DNA of 64,000 bases from the human T2T-CHM13v2.0 reference genome, Homo sapiens. Location of the stretch: the NCBI RefSeq assembly GCF_009914755.1, contig NC_060928.1. One strand, written 5' to 3'. Within the stretch, counting starts at the first letter, position 1; the number at the start of each line of letters is the position of its first letter. A program made the translations under genes and the position numbers. The notes under the pieces are model-generated. The model saw only the letters and a program-made list of their open reading frames with translations. It did no database searches and had not been told where the DNA came from. This document shows positions 54,545 to 64,000 of this stretch, in pieces.

Positions 54545-56106
54545 TGAGAGGTGATGGTGTGCTGGCAGCCCTTGCAGCCCTTGCCCACTCTCAGCACCTC
54601 CTTGGCCTCGGTGCACACTCTGGCAGCACTTGAAGAGCCCTTCAGCCCACCACTGCACTGTGGGAGCCCCTCTCTGGGCTGGCCGAGGCTGGAGCTGGCT
54701 CCCTCTGCTTGTGGGGTGATGTGGAGGGAAAGGCGCAGGTGGGAACCTGGGCTGCGCCCAGTGCTTGTGGGCCAGCACAAGTTCTGGGTGGGTGTGGGCT
54801 TGGTGGGCCCTGCACTTGGAGCGGCAAGCAGTGAGGAGCTTAGCACCTGGGCCAGCAGCTGCGGAGGGTGCGCCGGGTCCCCCAGCAGTGCTGGCCCACC
54901 AGGGCTGCGCTCGAATTCTCGCGGGGCCTCAGCTGCCTCCCTGTGGGGAAGGCCTCAGGACCTGCAGCCCTCCCGGCACAAGCCTTCCCACCCCCTGCCC
55001 ACCGCTGCCCCCACCCCCCCATCACTGCAGCCCCCCGCCCCGCCTACAGCCACCCCAACCCCCACCCCACCATGGGCTCCTGCGAGGCCTGAGCCTCCCT
55101 GACGGGCAACGCCCCCTGCTCTGCTGCGCTGGGTCCCATCGACTGCCCAAGGGCTGAGGAGTGCGGGCACAAGGCACGGGATTGGCAGGAAGCTCCACCT
55201 GCACCGGGGTGCAGGATCCACCAGGTGAAGCCAGCTGGGCTCCTGAGTCTAGTGGGGACGTGGAGAACCTTTATGTCTAGCTAAGGGATTGTAGACACAC
55301 CAATCAGTACTCTGTGTCTAGCTCAAGGTTTGTGAATGCACCAATCAGCATTCTGTATCTGGCTAATCTGGTGGGGACTTGAAGAACTTTTATTTCTAGC
55401 TAAGGGATTGTAAATACACCAATCAGCACTCTGTGTCTAGCTCAAGGTTTGTAAACACACCAATCAGCACTCTGTATCTAGCTAATCTGGTGGGGACTTG
55501 GAGAACCTTTATGTCTAGCTAAAGGATTGTAAACATACCAATCAGCACCCTGTGTCTAGCTCAAGGTTTGTAAATGCACCAATCAGTGATCCGTGTCTAG
55601 CTAATCTAGTGGGGATTTGGAGAACTTTTGTGTCTAGCTCAGGGATTGTAAACGCATCAATCAGCACTCTGTCAAAACGGACCAATCAGCTCTCTGTAAA
55701 ACACACCAATCAGCTCTCTGTAAAATGGATCAATCAGCAGGATGTGGGTGGGGCCAGATAAGGGAATAAAAGCAGGCTGCCAGAGCCAGCAGTGGCAACC
55801 CCCATGGGTCCCCTTCCACACTGTGGAAGCTTTGTTCTTTCACTCTTTTCAATAAATCTTGCTGCTTCTCACTCTTTGGGTCCGCACTGCCTTTATGAGC
55901 TGTAACACTCACCACGAAGGTCTGTAGCTTCACTCCTGAGGCCAGTGAGACTAGAAACCCACCAGAAGGAAGAAGCTCCAAACACGTCAGAACATCAGAA
56001 GGAACAAACTCCGGACGCCCCTTTAAGAACTGTAACGCTCACCGGGAGGGTCCGCAGCCTCATTCTTGAAGTCAGTGAGACCAAGAACCCACCAATTCCA
56101 GACACA
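54545..56106 (+). mobile_element. LTR12-family (ERV9) solo LTR, LTR12D/E-like, 1562 bp
   Basis: TG..CA termini (tgagaggtga...ccagacaca); 4-bp TSD gcag at 54541-54544 and 56107-56110; GC-rich U3; internal tandem array. Confidence 0.93.
55262..55770 (+). promoter_or_regulatory. LTR12 tandem enhancer/promoter array with repeated CCAAT (NF-Y-type) boxes
   Basis: Repeating caccaatcagcactctgtgtctagct units (about eight CCAAT), followed by agataagggaataaaa; activity not shown by sequence. Confidence 0.7.
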
Positions 56107-56802
56107 GCAGTTCTCAAGCAAAGACCGATGAGAGTTAGTGTCTAAATTCCCTGGCTCCCTTGGCGCTCAGGTGAGATAATTTTGTGCTGTGTTTACACTA
56201 CAGCTTACAGTTTCCCTGCGAGATTAATGTCCAATGTACTAATCTGGAAGCTGGCTTAATAATGCACCTTTTATTAATCCCACCTCATCTCTACTTCCCT
56301 GCATTTCTTAGACACCATAATTAAATCCTTATCTCAGGCTCCACTTCTGGGGAGACCAGCATTAAGATAGCAGAAGAGTAACCTTGGCTGCTATGAGAAA
56401 TTCCTCATACCACAAGAAAAGAAGCACTGAAAAGTGAACAATTAACTTCTCTTGAATACAATGAGTATAACACTCTCAAGAATAGTGGGATCTTCTTATG
56501 AGACTGCTGACAGATGAAAGATGAGATTCTATGACGTTTATTAAAATGAAGAATTACAGGGGAATATACAGAAAAACAGAGTTAACTTCTTCCTCATAGG
56601 AATTCTCCTCCTCATTGTTAGAATATATTGTCTTTTTTATATAACTGTCTTCTATGGGAGGAATGAACAGGTGTCTTTGGGACATACATACTTTCTATGC
56701 CTCAAATCTTCATGTATAAAAGTGAGGGAAAACTCGTTGTGTAAATGAAGTATCTCATCCTGTCTGTGGCATAAAGTTTTTCCATATGCTGATGTTTGTA
56801 CT

Positions 56803-56949
56803 CAGGGCCAGTTTCGAGGGCATGTGACAGACGGCCCTGCACTTGGTTTGATACTCTGCTGTCACTACCTTGAAATTCTTAATAATTGTGAACAAGACAC
56901 CCCACATTTTTATTTTGCACCAGATCCTGGAAATTATGAACCCGGTCCC
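56803..56949. mobile_element. MER91A-like hAT DNA transposon
   Basis: cagggccagtttc..ctctgctgtcactaccttgaaattcttaataat..attttgcaccag..aaattatgaacccggtcc. Confidence 0.7.
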
Positions 56950-57349
56950 ATTTGTATTAATTAAAAACTCTTTGAAGTACGAATTTTCATGATACAAGCA
57001 AGAGAAGTCAGGTTAAAAGAATGGTAAGAGGAAGAGCAAAGTAGCTTTCAGGAAAACTAGATCCAACAAAAGCTGGAGTTTCTAGAAACTTCTGGCAGTT
57101 ATGAAAGATTTGCTGCAGAGAGAGTGGGAGGAAAGCCGTGGTATCAGGACGTTCTGTACTACTTCTGAAATGTACATATGCAGAGGAGCAGGCACAGATG
57201 GGATGGCTAAGACAGCAAGTTTGACTTGGAGCCAGCAGGGAAAGTTCAAGTGACCCAGGAAATTAGAAGCAAAAAGAATGAGCCACTTGAACTAGCTGTT
57301 CTGCATTAGGCAAACAAACAGATTCTGTTCCTGATTGTTCCTGATGATA

Positions 57350-57592
57350 TCCAGCATTTACCAAACATTTACTCTGTACCTGGAACTGTTAAAAAGGGAC
57401 TTATAGTCATCTCATTTAATCTGACAACAACCCTTTAAGGCATGTGCTATTATTGTTCCTATACCACCAGTGAAGAAAGCTAGGACAAAATAAGATTAAA
57501 TCATTGCCCAGGGCACCTAGCAAGTGCTGGAGCCTGGACTTTAACCCTGACAGACTGTGGAGCCCAAACTCTTAATTATGACATATAGCTCC
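57350..57592 (-). mobile_element. MIR SINE
   Basis: catttaccaaacatttactctgtacctgg..atctcatttaatctgacaacaaccct..ttgcccagggcacctagcaag. Confidence 0.7.
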
Positions 57593-59723
57593 CCTACCAA
57601 GTAAAATGGCTCTCCACTCTAAAAGGCATGATGGAGCAGATATTGTGCGGAAAGGACCCCAGTGGAGAAGTGAAAAGAGAAAGGCTGTGTCCCTGTGGTG
57701 CAATCCTTTGTGGAGCAAAGTTCCCCATTTCTTCAGGGGTAGGGGTTAGGGTGGGGGCAACCAAACATAAACATCCACAGACCTTGGGGAGCCCACACGG
57801 GGTTTTCCTGGACCCATTTTGCTTCACAAGCACATTTTCCATGGATTTTCATTAGGCTGTGTCAGAGTGTCAGTGGTCTTCAAACTGTTCTACTGATCCC
57901 TTGGTTCAACTTTTGTAGCTCAACTGTCTTCCACAATGAGAGGGAACTGAATGGAGGGGCTCAGGCTCCTGCTTCACTTGCACAGCTTCCCTTTCACTTA
58001 TTTTCATCTGAATATAGGGATTATGGATAAAAATTTGTTTGCAAAAAGAAGATGAGGTTCTACAGCTAAAAATACACTATAAAAACCATTGCTCTGGGCA
58101 GTCACTTCAACTGGGAGAAGACGAATAAGCTGTAGGCAGATCACAGGGCTCTTGCACACACATTCCTCCCTCTCCTCCCCCAAACACAACTCAGATTCAA
58201 CCTGGGTCAGTGAAGAAAGGCTAATACTGGTATTTGGTGTTTGTAGAATCTTGGGCAGAAAGTATTTGAATCTTCTCTATGCCACAGACTTGTTCACTAA
58301 CTGTGAGTTTGTTTCTCACTTAAGAACAGTTTTTAAACATACAGTGTTTTCATCAGGAAAATATATATATATATTTGCAGGGTCAATTCAGACGCCTTTA
58401 CAATAATAGTGGTTCTGACCTTCCTTTCAGGTAGGAGCCAGAATTAATTGTTCTTTCCTCTGCTTTCCTGCAGCAACCAACAATTATTTGAATATCTATC
58501 AAGTGTAAAACAGGGTGATCCTGCCCTCAAAGGACTCACCGTCTAGTAGTAAAAGGACCTAAATAATTCCTGTGCCTGTCATGACGATGGTCACTTTCTA
58601 CCTCATGTTACAGAGGCAATAGGAAGTGCAGACAGCTGAAGGACATGGAAAAAAAAATTGATGGAAGAATGGCAGCCAGGTTTGGCCTTAAAGAAACTGC
58701 ATTTCCCTAGGTGGATGTGTAATTAGTTTTCCAAGAGAAGATGATATAATAGCTACACAAAGGTAGCAATAGCATAAACAAATCCTACAAACCTTGAAAA
58801 GTCACCTTTGAGGATAGGAACCTGGTTTTCTAATATTTCCCTTGAGGCCTCTCTCATCTCACATGCTCTTCAAAATCTGGACCTATGCGTCAAGTTTCAT
58901 AGACTAATGATTCAGATGATCCTCTGTATAATTCAGTTCAAGTTTGGTGATGAAGGCACACCTTCCTATACATATAATTCTAATAAAAGTATGTGTCAGC
59001 AGGAAGTGTTGGTGAACAGACAAATTTCTTCCGTCCCGCTTCAGCAAATGGCCTTATGGGATAAACTAAAGCCTAACTAGAAAATACACATTTAAAATTT
59101 TCTAAAACATCCAGGATTAGAAACGTGTGTTCCTACCTCTTGTTTACCAGTTCATTCAGGGGTTAAGAACATAACTGTTACTAAAGCAAACCATTGCACA
59201 AAACTTTGACTTGCTAATTGGCAACATTCCTTCAGATTATAGGAACTAGAAAAGAAACAAAGTGTAATTTAAGACATTTCAGCTCTAAAACTGTTGCTAT
59301 GTTTTTATCTCTTGGACCATACATTTTTTTCTCCTTTTAAAAATTGGATTATAGCAATAAAATTTACATAACATAAACTTTACCATCAAACCTGTTTTAA
59401 ATTTAAAAAAAAAAATCCTTGAGGTGCAAAATGTGAGTATTGAGGCTCTTGAAATTTCCTTTTCAATTTGTAGCTTTTGTTTCTCTTAGTAAGACATAAA
59501 ATACTAGGCTATTTCAGAGCCTCCTGTCCCCTCACCCCCTAATATTAGAGTGCATTTCCTTGGCCCTTTTAATCCTAAATTACCCTCTTTATAGCAAGGA
59601 GTAAAACTTATTAACCAATCACTACAAAACGTAACAACACAACCTTAAGAATGGTTTTAGATATCCAACCAGTTGTACTTCTTGAGTTAGGTTACAAATT
59701 ATGTTATTTAAGGTAATTTTGGG

Positions 59724-60209
59724 TGTCGGGCCTCTGAGCCCAAGCTAAGCCATCATATCCCCTGTGACCTGCACCTATACATCCAGATGGCCTGAAGCAA
59801 CTGAAGATTCACAAATGAAGTGAAAATAGCCAGTTCCTGCCTTAACTGATGACATCCCACCATTGCGATTTGTTCCTGCCTCACCCTAACTGATCAATTG
59901 ACTTTGTGACAATACACCCTCTCCACCCTTGAGAAGTTACTTTGTAAAATCCTCCCCACCCAATCAAGAAGGTACTTTGTAATATCCTCCCCACCCTTGA
60001 GAATGTACTTTGTAAGATCCACCCCCTGCCCACAAAAAAATTGCTCCTAACTCCACCGCCTATCCCAAACCTATAAGAACTAATGATAATCCCACCACCC
60101 TTTGCTGACTCTCTTTTCAGACTCAGCCCACTTGCACCCAGGTGATTAAAAAGTTTTACTGCTCACACAATGCCTATTTGGTGGTCTCTTCACATGGACG
60201 CGCACAACA
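59724..60209 (+). mobile_element. HERV-H solo LTR (LTR7 family, LTR7C-like), 486 bp
   Basis: tgtcgggcctctgagcccaagctaagccatc...ggtggtctcttcacatggacgcgcacaaca; perfect 5-bp TSD ttggg at 59719-59723 and 60210-60214; three ccacccttgagaa/gtactttgt U3 repeats. Confidence 0.92.
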
Positions 60210-60353
60210 TTGGGATTCCAAGACATGTCCCAAATCTTCATTTAAAGTTAAGAGTGGCAACTCTCCACACAAATACTTACTGGCATTGTTCAAAGTCCAG
60301 TCAGAGACTTTTCACAAAGGGAAGGAAGATGTTGCCCCTACGTGAGGAACTCT

Positions 60354-60935
60354 GTTAACAACTAAAGCAGCATGAGGTCAAGACAGGAGTTTGGCAGGCT
60401 TGGTTTTACAAGGTACAGGTCAGAAAGAACCCTCTGATAAAACAAGATGCAGTAAAAAAAGCTGGCCAAAACCCACCAAAACCAAGATGGTGGCAAAAGT
60501 GACCTCTGGTCATCCTCACTGCTTATCTGCTAATTATAGTATATTACCATGCTAAAAGACACTCCCACCAGCACCATGACAGTGTATAAATGCCATGGGA
60601 ATGTTCAGAAGCTACTCTGTATGGTCTAAAGAGGGGAGGAACCCTCAGTTCCTGGAATTCCCCACCCCTTTCCCAGAAAACTCATGAAAATCCACCCCTT
60701 GTTTAGCATATGTTCAAAAATAACCATAAAAATAGCCAACCAGCAGCCCTCAGGGCTACTCTGCCTATGGAGTAGCCATTCTTTTATTCCTTTACTTTCC
60801 TTTACTTTCTTAATAAACTTGTTTTCACTTTACTCTGTCCACTTGCCCTTGGCTCTTGAATTCCTTCCTTCATGAAGCCAATAACCCCAATGGACTCCCA
60901 GGCTGAACCCCAATTCTGGAGTTAACCCTGTGACA
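60354..60935 (+). mobile_element. MER41-family ERV1 LTR (5' LTR of a truncated provirus); left boundary approximate
   Basis: aaaaccaagatgg..gtgacctctggtcatcctcactgct..catgctaaaagacactcccaccagcaccatgacag..ctctgcctatggagtagccattc..aataaa..tgaca. Confidence 0.82.
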
Positions 60936-61925
60936 TCATTTCTGGTAACACAAAGGGACAATGGAGACCTCCCCTTGGACTCCAAATTAAGACTGATCAG
61001 CACCATTCAGACCTGACAGATGGGCATGTCTCCTTTTGTCCAGATTCAACTCACTATCCTTTTTTATCTTCTATTTTGGCTCCTCTGTCCTTTCCTGTAT
61101 TCTTTATTTTGGACAGATGGAGAAGTGGCCACGAGACTTCTAGCTTGATAGCCTGTTTGCAGTCTCCCATTGTCTGGGTGCCCCATAGCAGCACACCTGG
61201 CCAACCATGTTCTTTATAACCCCCTTTGTCACCTCTTCTCTCCAACCGTTTCTCTTTAGTTTCTAACAACCAGCCATTTTACTTTTCTCCTCTCAGTGCC
61301 AAAATGCTTGCTTATGCTCATGTCATTGTGGCATTTATTGTCTTCTTTTGCTATTTGGGCAATTGTTTAAGGAAGGATGCTTTCTTGTGAGAGGTCCCCC
61401 ATTCTATTGACCCTAGGATGCGAGAGTCATGTTGTTCTGTGGCCCCAGTTGTGTTAGGTCTCGTGCCTCTGGTGTTTGCTGTTGGCCACCCTGGAGATGC
61501 TCTAGGGTTTTTGGCATTTGGTGTGAGGATCTTCACTGGCTGATACTTGGGTATTTTGGGCTTTTCGGCATTTGGTTCTGTTTACTGCCCCCGAAATGCT
61601 CTGTGGTGTTTGGCATTGGCATTCTCTCTAGGATTGTGGGTTACAGTCCCACCCTAGGGGAATCTTAGTTTTGCCTTTCCTTGTTTTCTACCCTAAAGTT
61701 TTCATTTTTCTGTAACAGTATTTTCTTTTCTTATTGTCTCTTTATTTAATGCTTTGCTATAGGAGGTGAAAATTTGCAGGGGAAAATAGCTGGGTTCTTG
61801 AAAGACTTAGAAAAACTTCTATATCTAGCAGAGATCCTTGTTAGACATGGGGACAATGGTGAATCCCAAAGGACTTGTCACTAAGGTGCCTTTTAAGCAA
61901 TTGGAGCAAATTCAAATGAGAAACA
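60936..61925 (+). mobile_element. ERV1 internal leader and degenerate gag start, with a degenerate primer-binding site
   Basis: tttctggtaacacaaagggac directly after the LTR resembles a tRNA-Arg PBS (tggcgaccacgaaggga); atggggacaatgg..ctaaggtgccttttaagcaattggagcaaattcaaa resembles a gag N-terminus. Confidence 0.6.
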
Positions 61926-61934
61926 AGTTTAGCT

Positions 61935-63287
61935 AGGTACTGAAGGAACATACCTCAAAATAATGAGACATCTATGACAAACCCACAGCCAACATTATAC
62001 TGAATGGGTAAAAGCTGGAAGCATTCACCTTGAAAACCTGTACAAGACAAGGATACCTTCTCTCACCACTTCTATTTGACACAGTATTGGAAGTCTTGGC
62101 CAGAGCAATCAGGCAAGAGAGAGAAATAAAGGGCATCCAAATAGGAAGAGAGGAAGTCAAACTATCCCTGTTTGCAGATGACATGATCCTATACCTAGAA
62201 AACCACATAATCTCAGCCCAAAAGCTTCTTGAGCTGATAAACAACTTCAGGAAAGACACAGGTTACCAAATCAATGTGCAAAAATCACTAGCATTCCTAT
62301 ACTCCAACAACTGTCAAACCAAAAGCCAAATCAGGAATGTAATCCCATTCCCAACTGCCACACACACACATACTACACACACAGTACCTAGGAATACAGC
62401 TAACCAGGAAGGTGAAAGATTTCTACAAGGAGACCTACAAGATACTGCTCAGAGAAATCAGAGGTCACACAAACAAATGGAAACACATTTCAGGCTCACG
62501 GATAGGAAGAATCAATATCGTTAAAATGGTCATACTGCCCAAAGCAATTGATAGATTCAATGCTATTCCTATTAAACTACCAAGGACATTCTTCACAGAA
62601 CTAGAAAAAACTTCTAAAATTCATATGGAACCAAAAAAAGAGTCCAAATAGCCAAGGCAATCCTAAACAAAGTGAAAAAACCTGGAGGCATCATGTTACC
62701 CAACTTCAAACTATACTACAGGGCTACAGTAACCAAAACAGCATGGTACTGGTACAAAAACAGACACATAGGCCAATGGAACAGAATAGAGAAGCAAGAA
62801 ATAAGGCAGCATGCCTACAACTATCTGATCTTCAACAAAACTGACAAAAACAAGCAATGGAAAAAGGACTCCCTATTCAATAAATGGTACTGGGATAACT
62901 GGTAAGCCATATGCAGAAGACTGAAACTGGACCCCTTCCTTACACCTTATAAAAAAACTAATTCAACATGGATTAAAGACTTCAATGTAAAACTCAAAGC
63001 TATAAAAACCTGGAAGAAAATACAAGCAATACCATTCTGGAATGGACAAGGATTTCATGTTGAAGATGCCAAAAGCAATTGCAACAAAAGCAAAAATTGA
63101 CAAGTGGGATCTAACTAAACTAAAGAGCTTCAGCACAGCAAAAGAAACTATCAACAGAGTAAACAGACAGCCTACATAATGGGAGAAAATTTTTGCAATC
63201 TATGCCTCTGACAAAGGTCTAATATCCAGCATCTATAATAAACTTACAAGAAAAAAACCAAACAATCCCACTAAAAAGTGGGCAAAG
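61935..63287 (+). mobile_element. Older primate L1 ORF2 fragment (RT to C-terminal region), disrupted
   Basis: ORFs 62030-62524 ([13 protein letters not shown]), 62412-62651 and 62672-62905. Confidence 0.9.
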
Positions 63288-63321
63288 GGCTAGGCATGGT
63301 GGCTCATGCCTGTAATCCCAG
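63288..63321 (+). mobile_element. First 34 bp of an Alu, interrupted by LTR12C
   Basis: ggctaggcatggtggctcatgcctgtaatcccag immediately followed by tgagaggtgacagc. Confidence 0.85.
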
Positions 63322-64000
63322 TGAGAGGTGACAGCATGCTGGCAGTCCTCAGAGCCCTCACTTGCTCTCGGCGCCTCCTCTGCCTGGGTTCCCACTTTGG
63401 CAGCACTTGAGGAGCCCTTCAGCCCACTGCTGCACCGTGGGAGCCCCTTTCTGGGCTGGCCAAGGCCAGAGCCGGCTCCCTCAGTTTGCAGGGAGGTGTG
63501 GAGGGAGAGGCGCGAGCAGGAACTGGGGCTGCGCGCAGCGCTTGTGGGCCAGCTGGAGTTCTGGGTGGGCGTGGGCTTGGTGGTCCTATAGTCAGAGCGG
63601 TCGGCCGGCCCTGCCGGCCCTGGGCAGTGAGGGGCTTAGCACCCGGGCCAGCAGCTGCAGAGGGTGTACTGGATCCCCAAGCAGTGCCAGCCCACCGGTG
63701 CTGCGCTCGATTTCTCACCGGGCCTTAGCTGCCTTCCCATGGGGCAGGCCTCGGGACTGCAGCCCGCCATGCCTGGGCCTTCCTCTGCCTCCGTGGGTTC
63801 CTGTGCAGCCCGAGACTCCCTGACGAATGCCGCTCCCTGCTCCACGGTGCCCAGTCCCATCGGCCACCCAAGGCCTGAGGAGTGTGAGCGCATGGCGCGG
63901 GACTGGCAGGCAGCTCCATCTGCAGCCCCGGTGTGGGATCCACTGGGTGAAGCCAGCTGGGCTCCTGAGTCTGGTGGGGATGCGGAGAGTCTTTATATCT
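63322..64000 (+). mobile_element. LTR12C-like (ERV9) LTR, 5' part; runs off the window
   Basis: tgagaggtgacagcatgctggcagtcctcagagccc..ctctgcctgggttcccactttggc; homologous to 54545-55280; CpG-rich. Confidence 0.92.

Larger units (their letters stand above)
54445..56370 (+). mobile_element. LTR16-like relic split by LTR12 (pieces ~54445-54544 and ~56107-56370)
   Basis: Resumes ttctcaagcaaagaccgatgagagttagtg..ggcttaataatgcacc..aatccttatctcaggctccacttctggggag after the 4-bp TSD. Confidence 0.5.

Noticed and set aside
54476-55221. Multiple overlapping Pro/Gly-rich ORFs (also 63328-63943)
   Set aside because: They arise from stop-poor GC-rich LTR12 sequence and show no recognisable protein family.
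55262-55740. Regular repeat array resembling a CRISPR array
   Set aside because: The spacers are themselves repeated and no cas genes are present; it is the normal LTR12 U3 tandem array in primate DNA.

Overview
This is primate (human-like) non-coding genomic DNA made almost entirely of transposable elements. I see no host protein-coding exon, rRNA, tRNA or CRISPR array. About half the window is five full-length but dead LINE-1 elements, all on the minus strand and heavily nested: A 5614-17702 (contains an Alu and element B), B 6643-12258, C 20609-27018 (contains a short L1 3' piece), and E ~33097-46651 (contains D 36583-43335 and an MSTA remnant). Most boundaries are fixed by target-site duplications (TSDs) read directly from the sequence. 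Nearly all long ORFs in the supplied track are broken L1 ORF1/ORF2/ORF0 or repeat-derived. The last 10 kb holds four plus-strand ERV LTRs (LTR12, LTR7-type, MER41-type plus internal sequence, LTR12C). Most notable: (1) B is a spliced L1 insertion missing exactly the 525-nt 5'UTR intron (SpIRE 97/622 type, a known class); (2) the four young L1s share variants, including a frameshift, in changing pairwise patterns, suggesting local gene conversion or assembly mixing; (3) an 89-bp filler after an Alu tail is copied from sequence 8 kb away, with fold-back junctions; (4) two anonymous polyadenylated 3'UTR-like retrocopies sit inside other repeats. I found no evidence for a wholly new biological system. 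Subfamily names come from recalled consensus motifs, not a database search.
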